From positions 1-24,608 of the IMG/VR virus record IMGVR_UViG_3300010358_000062: a DNA stretch of 24,608 nucleotides, one strand, 5' to 3'. The notes under the pieces are model-generated. The model did no database searches. It saw only the letters and a list, made by a program, of their open reading frames with translations, and had not been told where the DNA came from. How positions within the stretch are numbered: the first letter of the stretch is position 1; each line of letters begins with the position of its first letter. Positions 16,587 through 24,608 of the stretch are shown in pieces. Both the position numbers and the translations under genes were made by a program. The DNA is from a virus. Taxonomy: Duplodnaviria; Caudoviricetes.

Positions 16587-16865
16587 ATGGCCGACGGGGT
16601 AGCGGTGATCTTCGGAACCGGCGCACGGCGGCAGCAGACGCCTGTCGATGCGAGCGGGACCACGAGTGCCGACACGCAGGACACCGGGCGGGATCAGAGC
16701 CCGGCGTCGCAGACTGGCACCTCCCAGCAGGACCAGGAGCGAGCGGATCAGGAACAGTACACTCGCGCGCAGAGCTACGCAGAAGCCGCGAACGAGCGTC
16801 GGAAGAAGCGCCTGGCACGGTTTAGCGGACGTGGCAGCACCAGCCGCGACTCTGGGAGAAGCTGA
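16587..16865 (+). CDS. Small hypothetical protein (92 aa), polar body and basic tail
   Basis: ATG 16587 follows AGGAG; ends RRKKRLARFSGRGSTSRDSGRS. Confidence 0.7.
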   Translation: MADGVAVIFGTGARRQQTPVDASGTTSADTQDTGRDQSPASQTGTSQQDQERADQEQYTRAQSYAEAANERRKKRLARFSGRGSTSRDSGRS

Positions 16866-17275
16866 TGACGCCAGCGGATCTCGCCTACGCCGCGGGCTTC
16901 TTCGATGGGGAGGGGCACATCTCCCTGGTTCGTATGAAGCGACGGCGGGAGACGGCGCTCTACGTCGCCGCGACTAACACGCACGAGGAGATCTGCTGGT
17001 GGTTCCGGAGCCTGTTCGGCGGGATCGTCTACGTGAAGCGGCGTCGTGATCCGCAGCACCAGACCGCCTGGGTCTGGCGGGTGAGTGCGGGCCATGCGGA
17101 GCGCTTCCTGGTGGCGGTGCTGCCCTATCTCAAGCTGAAACGCCCGCAGGCGGAGATCGCGCTGCAATTCCGGGCGTCCGTCCGGCGCGTGACGACCCGC
17201 TTGTCCCCGCAGGTGGTGGGGAAACGGGAGGCGCTCGTGACGCAGCTCCATGCCTTGAACCGGCGGGGAAACTAG
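16865..17275 (+). CDS. Single-motif LAGLIDADG homing endonuclease, free-standing
   Basis: N-terminal helix DLAYAAGFFDGEGHI matches the LAGLIDADG motif; also has FGG.VY, WRVS and FL..VLPYLKLKRPQAE, typical of I-CreI-like single-domain enzymes; 136 aa. Confidence 0.92.
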   Translation: MTPADLAYAAGFFDGEGHISLVRMKRRRETALYVAATNTHEEICWWFRSLFGGIVYVKRRRDPQHQTAWVWRVSAGHAERFLVAVLPYLKLKRPQAEIALQFRASVRRVTTRLSPQVVGKREALVTQLHALNRRGN

Positions 17276-18235
17276 ATGGCTGCTCCTGCGCCGATGGCCT
17301 TGTGGCAGGTGAAGTCGCTCGTCACCGCGCACCTCGTCCACACGCGCCCCGTCGGCACCGCCGAGCTGAACGAGGCGATCAACTTTGGGCTCGGGAAGGT
17401 GCGCCGGGCGCTCCGCTCGGTCCGTCCCCAGCCGCAGCTCTCCTTCCTGGACAACTTTCAGCTCCTCGCCGGGCAGACCGAGTACGACGTGAGCACGCTC
17501 TCGCCGCCCCTCGCGAAGCCCGTGAAATTCGTGGTGCCCCAAGCGACCGGCTCCGCGCAGATCATCATGTTCCGCTACTTTGCCTCAGAGTCCGAGGATT
17601 TTCTCGAGGCGGAGAACAACCCGCAGGGCGGCTACACCTGGGTGCTCTATGACCTCATGGAAGGCTTGTTTCCGGGCCTTACGAGTACGGTCTCGGCGTC
17701 TGGTTCGAGCACGGTGCAGGTGGCTCCGGGGCAGCCGACCTTCCCCGTCGGGACCTACATCCTGATCCCGGGCGCCGGGGCCGGGTCGAACGCAGGCACG
17801 GCAGCGAGCCCGATCCTGATTCCGAGCGACTACTACGGGATCGTGACCACCGTCGTGAGCCAGACGATGGGGCTCTCGCCGTCGGTGTCGATCCCGCCGC
17901 CGCCGGGCGTGGTCGTGACGCAGATGCGCCGCAAGATCCTGAAGCTCGTGCCGTCGCTCAACAGCTCGGCCACGGGCCGCTTCTGGTATCAGTACACCCG
18001 CGAGCGGCTCTCGGCAGACGGCGATCTCGTGGAGCCCGTCGTCGCCGAGCACATCGACTGCCTGGTCGCCTACGCGCTCTCCCGCCTCAAGCTCTCCGTC
18101 GGCGATGCTGACACCGACCGCTGGCTCCAGCAGGCGGAGGCGATGCGCTCCGAGATGATGCAGGACGTGGATCTCGGCTCCTGGCAGAACACCGAGCACC
18201 TCGGCTCGGATCTGATCGGGTTGGTGGACTGGTGA
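17276..18235 (+). CDS. Head-to-tail adaptor (T7 gp11 / P22 gp4-like role)
   Basis: N-terminal helices (ELNEAINFG), LLAGQTEYDV, and C-terminal EHIDCLVAYALSRL helices; lies directly before the nozzle gene. Confidence 0.72.
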   Translation: MAAPAPMALWQVKSLVTAHLVHTRPVGTAELNEAINFGLGKVRRALRSVRPQPQLSFLDNFQLLAGQTEYDVSTLSPPLAKPVKFVVPQATGSAQIIMFRYFASESEDFLEAENNPQGGYTWVLYDLMEGLFPGLTSTVSASGSSTVQVAPGQPTFPVGTYILIPGAGAGSNAGTAASPILIPSDYYGIVTTVVSQTMGLSPSVSIPPPPGVVVTQMRRKILKLVPSLNSSATGRFWYQYTRERLSADGDLVEPVVAEHIDCLVAYALSRLKLSVGDADTDRWLQQAEAMRSEMMQDVDLGSWQNTEHLGSDLIGLVDW

Positions 18236-21060
18236 GCTTCCAGATCGAACCGCTCGAGTTTCCGCCCGACTGGCAAGGGCTCTACGACCGGGAGCAGCAG
18301 TTTCCCGACGAGAGCCCGCACCTCTACGCCGCCACCGCGGAGAACGTCGAATACTACGGCTCGGTGATGCGAAAGCGCGCGGGGTCGAAGCTCCTGAACG
18401 GGGTGTGCGACGTGACCTCGGGCCAGATGCACACCGGCTCCACGACCCTCCCGGATCTCGAGAACGAGAACTGGCGGGACTGGAACGACTCGATGGTGGC
18501 GGGGACCATCGTCAACATCCAGATTCTCACCCCGGGGGACCCGCACTACGGGGCGGTGCTCACCTTCACGATCACCGCGAACGATGGCTTCGGGGACCTC
18601 ACGGTGACGCCCGCTGCGCCCTACGAGATCCCCTACCACGCGCTCCTGATCGCCATTCCCTGGACGCAGGGACGGCGGATCGGGGGTATGTTCCAGCCGC
18701 ACTTTCGGAACGGCTCCTTCCCGCTGCTCGTGAACGCGGTCTCGAACACGACCGGCGAGCTGACCCTGCACATCCAGGGGAACCGCCAGTGCCGTCCGCT
18801 GAACCTCTACACCCGGATCCCGGCGACCACGATCTCGGCAGTCGGCGGCGCCAACATCTTCACGCTCGCCAGCATCGAGGGGCTGGTGGTGGGCGACTGG
18901 ATCAACTTTCCGACGGCGACGATGGGGACGCAGAACGGGAAGGTGGCGGCAATCAACATCGCGACCAAGCAGATCACGCTCGACCCGTCCACCACGGTCA
19001 CCCCGACCCCCGCGGCAGGAGCGGCGTGTCGCTTCCTCCCGAACACCTGCCCCGGCTACATCTCGCCGTCGCGGCCCATCGGGCTCGGGAAGCTCTCCGC
19101 GGCGCACATGGGGAACCGCTCGTGCCTCGCGCAGCCGCAGTTTCCCCCGCTCCGCTACGCGCACACCGACTCGAACACCGTGGACCGGATGCTCAACCCG
19201 AACGGGCCCTACAACGGCTTCTACTGCACCGTCGTCTGGTCGTCGGGCGTGGCGCCGCTGCTGCCGGGACGCCAGGTGCTCCTCACCGACATCTCCGAGT
19301 CGAGCGCGGGCCAGGCGCATCTGCGGACCATCTCGAGCTGCGGCGGCTATCTCATGCAGGTGACGCCCGATCTCCCCTGGGCGCTCTCCGCGGGCTGCCT
19401 CGTGGACGTGCTCACGATCTCCCGGGTCGGGCTCCGCAAGCCTGCCACGTCGCCCACGCTCTCGCAGTACACCGTCGGCGCGATGGTCCCTGGCACCTAC
19501 AGCGTCCGGTTGACCTACGTCTCCACCGAGGCGGGGAGCTTTGTCGAGTCGGAAGCCTGCACCGAGACGCCCCGCTTCACGCTCCCGGCGACGGGTGGCG
19601 GGGGCATCACGGTGTCGAATATCCCGATGCCGCTCGACCCGCGGATTGACCAGAAATGGCTCTACCGCACGAGCTGCGGGGGCGATGGGGTCTGGTACCT
19701 CGTCGCGCGGCTCGACAAGTCGGTGACGAGCTTCAACATGATCGGGGCGGACACGACGCTCGGGACCCAACTGGACGAGTTTATTAACTATCCTCCCTAC
19801 GAGACGATGGAGGTGGTGGTCGAGTGGCCGCACGCGCAGCGACTCATGGGGATCGCGCAGGTGGGACTCGAAGCCTGGGCAGTCGTCTGGTCGGACGGGC
19901 CGGACGTGCTCCGCGCGCAGGTGAAGCCGGAGAGCTGGCCGGTCGATAATTTCCTGTTCGTCGGGCTCGACTCCGGGGACAAGCCGAAGGGGATCGCCGC
20001 CTTCTACGACTCCATGCTGATCTTCTGCGAGCGCTCGATCTGGCGCATCCAGGGGAACCCGCCCGATCTCGTGGTCGAGCCGGTTAACTTTCAGCAGCAC
20101 GACCAGAGCGGCATCGGGCTCGAGTCGCACCAGACGCTCGTGGTGGACCAGAACGAGGTGATCTTCCCGGGCGCCGATGGCGTCTACATGATCGACCGCT
20201 TCCAGGGGGTCGCCACCGGCTTCCAGTCGCAGCGGATCAGCCGCCAGATCGACCGGCTGTGGGACTCGACCTACAACCTGTTCCGCAACCGCGCGCACGC
20301 CGTCTTCTACCGGGCCCGGCGCCAGTACCGCCTGTTCTGGCCGCTCGACTACGCGCCGCAGAGCGAGCCGGACGCGGTGCTCACCTACCAGTTTGACGCC
20401 GACGTGAACGGCTCGCCGCACTTTTGGGCCAAGTGGACCCTCGCCGCGCAGGTGATCGGGGACCACAACCACATGAGCTGCTCGACCGTCGCGCAACCCG
20501 AGCTGGGGGACGCCTACCTGTTCGCCTCCATGAAGGAGGTGAATTTCGTCGGCACCCGGGACGGCGGCGTGCTCGGCATGGACTATGTATATGATTTCAT
20601 CACAAACGGGTTTTCTGACTTCACCATCATCCCGTACCATTTCGAGTACCGCACGCTCTGGTTCAACCCGGGCGGGCAGCTCGGGCTCGCTGCGCTCGGA
20701 CGCTTCCTCCACCTGGCCCTCCTGATCGGCGGGCTCTCGCCGCACGAGCCTTCGACGCTCGGCCCCATGAAGCAGACGCTCACCACCGAGGTGCGGACGA
20801 GCGAGTTTGAGTGGCCGGTGTTCCGCGATCCCGTGCCGCCGAACGTTCCGCTCGAGATCGTCCCGAAAAGCGCCACCTGGGGGGCGGGGTTCCTCTACCT
20901 CTACCGGCTCGTGCTGCTCTGCCGGGGGCAGTACCACCAGATCGCGTTCATCGACGATGACGACCGGGCGGTGGAGCTACATCGCATGACGTATTTCTTC
21001 CAGCGGCTCCCGGAGACCGTGATCCCCGAGGATCTCGTGCAAGTCGAACCCACCGACTGA
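18232..21060 (+). CDS. Tail nozzle / head-stabilising protein (P22 gp10 / T7 gp12-like)
   Basis: 942 aa with GTGA overlap. Beta-propeller-like C-terminal half (GDKPKGIAAFYDSMLIFCERSIWRIQG, GLESHQTLV, VIFPGADGVYMID, ISRQIDRLW) and an Ig/FN3-like insert (GTYSVRLTYV...ESE...LYRT). Confidence 0.8.
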   Translation: MSFQIEPLEFPPDWQGLYDREQQFPDESPHLYAATAENVEYYGSVMRKRAGSKLLNGVCDVTSGQMHTGSTTLPDLENENWRDWNDSMVAGTIVNIQILTPGDPHYGAVLTFTITANDGFGDLTVTPAAPYEIPYHALLIAIPWTQGRRIGGMFQPHFRNGSFPLLVNAVSNTTGELTLHIQGNRQCRPLNLYTRIPATTISAVGGANIFTLASIEGLVVGDWINFPTATMGTQNGKVAAINIATKQITLDPSTTVTPTPAAGAACRFLPNTCPGYISPSRPIGLGKLSAAHMGNRSCLAQPQFPPLRYAHTDSNTVDRMLNPNGPYNGFYCTVVWSSGVAPLLPGRQVLLTDISESSAGQAHLRTISSCGGYLMQVTPDLPWALSAGCLVDVLTISRVGLRKPATSPTLSQYTVGAMVPGTYSVRLTYVSTEAGSFVESEACTETPRFTLPATGGGGITVSNIPMPLDPRIDQKWLYRTSCGGDGVWYLVARLDKSVTSFNMIGADTTLGTQLDEFINYPPYETMEVVVEWPHAQRLMGIAQVGLEAWAVVWSDGPDVLRAQVKPESWPVDNFLFVGLDSGDKPKGIAAFYDSMLIFCERSIWRIQGNPPDLVVEPVNFQQHDQSGIGLESHQTLVVDQNEVIFPGADGVYMIDRFQGVATGFQSQRISRQIDRLWDSTYNLFRNRAHAVFYRARRQYRLFWPLDYAPQSEPDAVLTYQFDADVNGSPHFWAKWTLAAQVIGDHNHMSCSTVAQPELGDAYLFASMKEVNFVGTRDGGVLGMDYVYDFITNGFSDFTIIPYHFEYRTLWFNPGGQLGLAALGRFLHLALLIGGLSPHEPSTLGPMKQTLTTEVRTSEFEWPVFRDPVPPNVPLEIVPKSATWGAGFLYLYRLVLLCRGQYHQIAFIDDDDRAVELHRMTYFFQRLPETVIPEDLVQVEPTD

Positions 21061-21067
21061 GGCGCTC

Positions 21068-22075
21068 ATGGCAAAGGCATCCCTCCACCAGCTCGCACAA
21101 TCGAAGAAGCAGCAGCGGGCGCAGCCAGCGGCGAACAACGACCCCGGGCGCTTCCAGGGACCGCCGGGTGCCGGGGGTCCTGCGGGCGATCCGGCGACGA
21201 TGACGCCGAAGCAGCGCAAGCAGGCGGCGAAGAACGCGCAGGTGGCCGCGGGGCAGAAGCTCCAGTCGCAGATGGCCCCCGACGACCCGCGCCGCTACAT
21301 GAACCCCCGCAAGCTCTACAAGCGCTCCCAGGGGCGGAGCGTGGACAGCCCGTACCCGCCCGCCGAGCGCATGCGGAACGCCTGGGAGGAGCGCGGCACG
21401 CTCGGCTTCGGCGAGCCGCAGAAGGAGCTAACCTCCCATTACGAGGAGGAGCTGGCTGCCGGGGCTCCGGTGGATTACCAGACCGACAAGGAGCAGCGGC
21501 AGGAGTGGAACCCGCAGATCTCCCAGCTCCAGGAGTACGCGATGTCGAACCTCGGGAAGGGGCTCACCCCCGAGGAGGAAGCCTCGATGCGGGGCCGCAT
21601 GCAGGACACGCTGGCTGCGTCCCAGCAGCAGGCGCGGTCGGACGCCAGCGCGCAGATGGCGGCGAGCGGGCTCCAGGGCTCCGGCATCGCTGATGCCCGG
21701 GCGCTTCAGATCCAGCGCCAGCAGCAGCAGGGCTCGGCGGACATCGAGCGCGAGATCACGACCCAGAACCTCGCCCGCAAGGGGGAGCTGGAGCAGCTCG
21801 CCTCGCAGACCGGCCAGCTCTCGCTCGGCGAGGGACGGCTGGACGAGTCGGCCCGGGAGTACGACGTATCGGCGGAGCAAGCCCGCCAGCGGCAAGTCGA
21901 AGCCGGGATGGGCGACATCACCGGGCTCGAGAGCGGGCAGTACGAGGATCTGCTCAACTACGCGGAGTCGGCCCGCCAGGCGCAGGCGTCGCGGGCAGCC
22001 AGCCGTCGCGCGGCCCGGCTCGCCATGCCGAGCACGATGGAGAAGGTCGGCATGATCGCCGGGGCGATCCTCTGA
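21068..22075 (+). CDS. Probable internal virion / DNA ejection protein
   Basis: 335 aa Gln/Ala-rich helical protein with an ASGLQGSGIA motif and hydrophobic end (KVGMIAGAIL); follows the nozzle. Confidence 0.62.
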   Translation: MAKASLHQLAQSKKQQRAQPAANNDPGRFQGPPGAGGPAGDPATMTPKQRKQAAKNAQVAAGQKLQSQMAPDDPRRYMNPRKLYKRSQGRSVDSPYPPAERMRNAWEERGTLGFGEPQKELTSHYEEELAAGAPVDYQTDKEQRQEWNPQISQLQEYAMSNLGKGLTPEEEASMRGRMQDTLAASQQQARSDASAQMAASGLQGSGIADARALQIQRQQQQGSADIEREITTQNLARKGELEQLASQTGQLSLGEGRLDESAREYDVSAEQARQRQVEAGMGDITGLESGQYEDLLNYAESARQAQASRAASRRAARLAMPSTMEKVGMIAGAIL

Positions 22076-22082
22076 GGCGGCG

Positions 22083-22982
22083 ATGGCGTACCCTTACGAC
22101 ACCTACCAGAACCCGGACGAGGTGAAGCGGCTGCAAGAGCTGGGGCAGCAAGCCCCGGCAGGCGTGGACATCGTAGGTCCCACCGACGAGGTGACGCCGC
22201 AGGAGCGGCAGATCTACTTTCCGAAGGGGCAGCCCGCGCCGCAGCACCAGGGGGCGCTGGCCGAGCTGGCGTTCTCGGGCAGCGAGAGCCAGCAGCAGGG
22301 GCTCGGGGCGAAGAACGCCCCCGAGTCCACGCCCGCGCCGCTGCGCGCCTCGCAGCAGGCGCAGGCGTCCAAAGGGCAGCCCGCCGCGATGATGCAGACC
22401 ACCGATCCCGTCGGCTACGGCAAGGTCGCCCGCCAGCGCGGGGAAGCCGTCGGGGTCGCCGGAGTCGCCAACTTTGTCGCCGACGTGGTGAAGCTGATCG
22501 CCGGGGGCTACGCGGGTGGTGCCGCTGCCGCCGGAGCTGGAGCGGGTGCCGGAGCCGGAGCGGGTGCTGGGGCAGGAGCCGGAGCCGGTGGTGCGGGCGC
22601 GGCGAGTGCGGGTGCTGCGGAAGGAGCTTCGACGGGTGGTGGTGCCGCTGCGCCTGCCGCGAGTAGCGGTGGGGGCTCGAGCTTCGGCTCGGATTTCGCC
22701 GCGGGCTTCAAGGGGGACTCGAGCGCAAGTGGCTGGGGCGGCTACCTCGGCAAGTACGCCCGGGGCCAGGTGACGGGCGGCGGGGGCTCGAGTGCCATGG
22801 GCGGCGAAGGTGGTGGCGGCGCTGGCGGTGGCTACGAAGCCGGGATGACGGGCGGCACGCCGGGGAGCCGGGTGCAAGCCGGAACCCGCTACCTCCAGGG
22901 ACGCAAGGCGGAAGCCATTGATTTCCTCTCCGGGAACTACATGAGCCCAACCGGGGGCGGCTACTGGTCGCAGTCGGGGTAA
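22083..22982 (+). CDS. Probable Gly/Ala-rich ejection (pilot-like) protein
   Basis: 299 aa; hydrophobic segment AVGVAGVANFVADVVKLIAGG followed by (AG)10 and Gly/Ser-rich tracts. Confidence 0.6.
   Translation: MAYPYDTYQNPDEVKRLQELGQQAPAGVDIVGPTDEVTPQERQIYFPKGQPAPQHQGALAELAFSGSESQQQGLGAKNAPESTPAPLRASQQAQASKGQPAAMMQTTDPVGYGKVARQRGEAVGVAGVANFVADVVKLIAGGYAGGAAAAGAGAGAGAGAGAGAGAGAGGAGAASAGAAEGASTGGGAAAPAASSGGGSSFGSDFAAGFKGDSSASGWGGYLGKYARGQVTGGGGSSAMGGEGGGGAGGGYEAGMTGGTPGSRVQAGTRYLQGRKAEAIDFLSGNYMSPTGGGYWSQSG
22530..22589 (+). repeat. (Ala-Gly)10 dipeptide repeat
   Basis: Ten AG pairs encoded with mixed synonymous codons. Confidence 0.9.
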
Positions 22983-22985
22983 GGC

Positions 22986-24353
22986 ATGGCAATCGACGTA
23001 CCGACCGGGGCGCTGGGCCGGATCAACATTCCGTGGATGACCACGGATCCGACCGGCTGGGCGAAGGTGGACCGCGCCAAGCGGGAAGCCGCCGGGCTCG
23101 CCCAGCTCGCAGGCGGGATCAAGCGCGGGGTCACCGACTACATGAAGGGCGGGCTCCGGGGCGTGATCGACCCGCAGTACGCCGCCGAGCAGGAGAAAGC
23201 CGCCCAGGAAGACGCCGAGCTGAGTGCCCGGCTCGGGAACCAGACCGACCAAGCCGTCCAGGAGAGCAAGCAGCCGAGCGAGCAGGGGCAGCCGACTGCC
23301 GAGCCGAAGGTCACCCCGAACCAGCAGGATGTGGCCGAGGGCGGGGGTGGTGGCTTCCTGAGTGATCTCGCCGGGATCGCGAAGAAGGTCTACGAGGGGC
23401 CGGGCAAGCGCTACGATCTCTCCGAGCTGGCGCGGAAACGCGGCATGGTCGAGCGCCAGGAGGATCTGACCAAGCGGCTGCAAGCCGTCTCTCCGGCGTT
23501 CCGGAACGTCGAGGATCCGGGCGAGGCGATCTCCCGCTTCATGGAGCAGGGACCCGCCGGGCTCCGCGGGCTGCCGCAGAAGCCGCCGAAGGAAGCCGCG
23601 CAGACGACCGACGACCCGATCTACCGCCAGGAGGCGGACCAGGCGAAGCGCGAGAACCGCCCGATTGATTGGGACAAGATCGAACGGCTCCGGGCGGACC
23701 GGCTGAAGCGGGAGGAGCAGCAGCGGCAGGACATCGCGCACAAGTACGATGTCCCCGACAAGGATGAGCGGGAGTGGAACCTCGCCAAGGAGTCGCTCCA
23801 GCAGGACGGGATCCAGAACCCGACCGATCTCGACATCGCGAAGCGGCGCCGCAAGATGTTTGAGAAGCCCCCGAGCCAGCGGGCAGGCGGCGGGACGGGC
23901 CGCACGCAAGCCGCCCAGGCGCGCTACGACCAGGCGAAGGCGCTGCTGCACAAGGGGCTCAACCGGGACGCGACCGAGGAGGAGATCACGCTGCTCGCCG
24001 GAGCGCTGGTCGGCCACCCCTCGCTGCCGCAGCTCTTGAAAGGCGCCTACCTGCCCAAGGATTTCGATTTCAAGCGGGTGTTCCCGCAGACGGACGAGCA
24101 GGGGAACGTCATCCCGGAGACCCCGCCCGCCGCGCCCGCGGCCCCTGTGGCGCCCGGAGGACCGACCGGCCACGGCACCGCGCAGGGGGGCATGTCGGAA
24201 AAGCAGCCCGACCAGCCGCCGAAGCAGACCGACCAGCGGGTCGGGGAAGGGGACCGCAACCCGGCGCGTCCGACCGAGCACCGCAAGACCTACACGAAGC
24301 CGCAGGGAGCACCCGCCGGGAAGGCGCGGCCCGACGTGTCGATCTGGCAGTGA
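22986..24353 (+). CDS. Probable internal virion / ejection protein
   Basis: 455 aa charged helical protein with GLAQLAGGIKRG near the N-terminus; third gene after the nozzle. Confidence 0.58.
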   Translation: MAIDVPTGALGRINIPWMTTDPTGWAKVDRAKREAAGLAQLAGGIKRGVTDYMKGGLRGVIDPQYAAEQEKAAQEDAELSARLGNQTDQAVQESKQPSEQGQPTAEPKVTPNQQDVAEGGGGGFLSDLAGIAKKVYEGPGKRYDLSELARKRGMVERQEDLTKRLQAVSPAFRNVEDPGEAISRFMEQGPAGLRGLPQKPPKEAAQTTDDPIYRQEADQAKRENRPIDWDKIERLRADRLKREEQQRQDIAHKYDVPDKDEREWNLAKESLQQDGIQNPTDLDIAKRRRKMFEKPPSQRAGGGTGRTQAAQARYDQAKALLHKGLNRDATEEEITLLAGALVGHPSLPQLLKGAYLPKDFDFKRVFPQTDEQGNVIPETPPAAPAAPVAPGGPTGHGTAQGGMSEKQPDQPPKQTDQRVGEGDRNPARPTEHRKTYTKPQGAPAGKARPDVSIWQ

Positions 24354-24356
24354 GCC

Positions 24357-24608
24357 ATGGCGAATCTCCGCCCCTGGTCCGACGTGCTCTCCGACATGGA
24401 CGCGGCGGGCTACGATGACGCGCAAAAGAGCCAGAAGCGCCAGGAGTACCTGAACGCCTGGCTCCAGACCCCGGAGGCGCGGGCGCCCAAGTACCAGGGG
24501 CTCGATGTCCCGCCGCGGGTCGCGAAGAAGATGGAGATGGGCGGGATCGACCCGGAGAAGACCCGCCCCGATCCGATGGCGCAGGCCGAGGAGGAAGCCG
24601 ACACGCGC
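24357..24608 (+). CDS. 5' part of a protein truncated by the window end, possibly the large internal virion protein
   Basis: ATG 24357, frame open to the end: MANLRPWSDVLSDMDAAGYDDAQKSQKRQEYLNAWLQ...; function inferred from position only. Confidence 0.6.
   Translation, partial: MANLRPWSDVLSDMDAAGYDDAQKSQKRQEYLNAWLQTPEARAPKYQGLDVPPRVAKKMEMGGIDPEKTRPDPMAQAEEEADTR

Larger units (their letters stand above)
1..24608 (+). mobile_element. Tailed phage (Caudoviricetes, podovirus-like) virion structural module; phage or prophage fragment
   Basis: Co-oriented, tightly packed genes in the order portal, scaffold, capsid, fibres, adaptor, nozzle, ejection proteins. No tail tube, sheath or tape measure gene recognised, and no host genes. 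Confidence 0.93.

Noticed and set aside
5635-17278. TAG stop-codon reassignment, since several TAG stops are followed by in-frame genes
   Set aside because: Other TAG stops (2956, 4073, 14663, 16055, 16585) lead to out-of-frame genes, most downstream genes have their own RBS, and the long genes are not interrupted by TAG.
16800-17300. Group I intron or intein hosting the LAGLIDADG ORF
   Set aside because: There is no non-coding flank for a ribozyme core, no interrupted host gene, and the ORF has its own start and stop codons.
20581-20640. AT-richer patch with TATGAT inside the nozzle gene, as a possible internal promoter
   Set aside because: No matching -35 element, and the composition is explained by Tyr/Phe/Ile/Asp codons.
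341-24425. Many long minus-strand ORFs (e.g. 341-2098, 5611-8004, 9492-12017, 18070-20937, 21954-24425)
   Set aside because: They are antisense shadows of GC3-biased plus-strand genes, with Arg/Gly/His-rich translations lacking recognisable motifs; the plus strand is already fully tiled with coupled genes.

Overview
GC-rich (roughly 70% by eye) tailed-phage DNA holding one densely packed, all plus-strand virion morphogenesis operon of podovirus (P22/T7-like) layout. Gene order: portal, scaffold, major capsid protein, two small ORFs, two paralogous fibre genes each coupled to a small Cys-rich zinc-finger-like gene, two hypothetical genes, a run of ten small low-complexity proteins, a free-standing LAGLIDADG endonuclease, head-tail adaptor, tail nozzle, and a series of probable ejection (internal virion) proteins, the last cut off by the window end. 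Functional calls come from gene order and motif recognition by eye; no database search was run. The most unusual element is the 3.2 kb array of ten tightly spaced small proteins (13645-16865) with largely unrelated bodies but consistently Arg/Gly-rich C-terminal tails, a candidate capsid cargo or DNA-condensing system. Also notable are the duplicated fibre plus zinc-finger cassette, two structured intergenic leaders, and a similar beta-rich insert in capsid, adaptor and nozzle. Two G-rich patches (about 547-601 and 9637-9804) may contain sequencing errors. No tRNA, rRNA, CRISPR array, integrase or reverse transcriptase was seen, so the host and prophage status cannot be determined.
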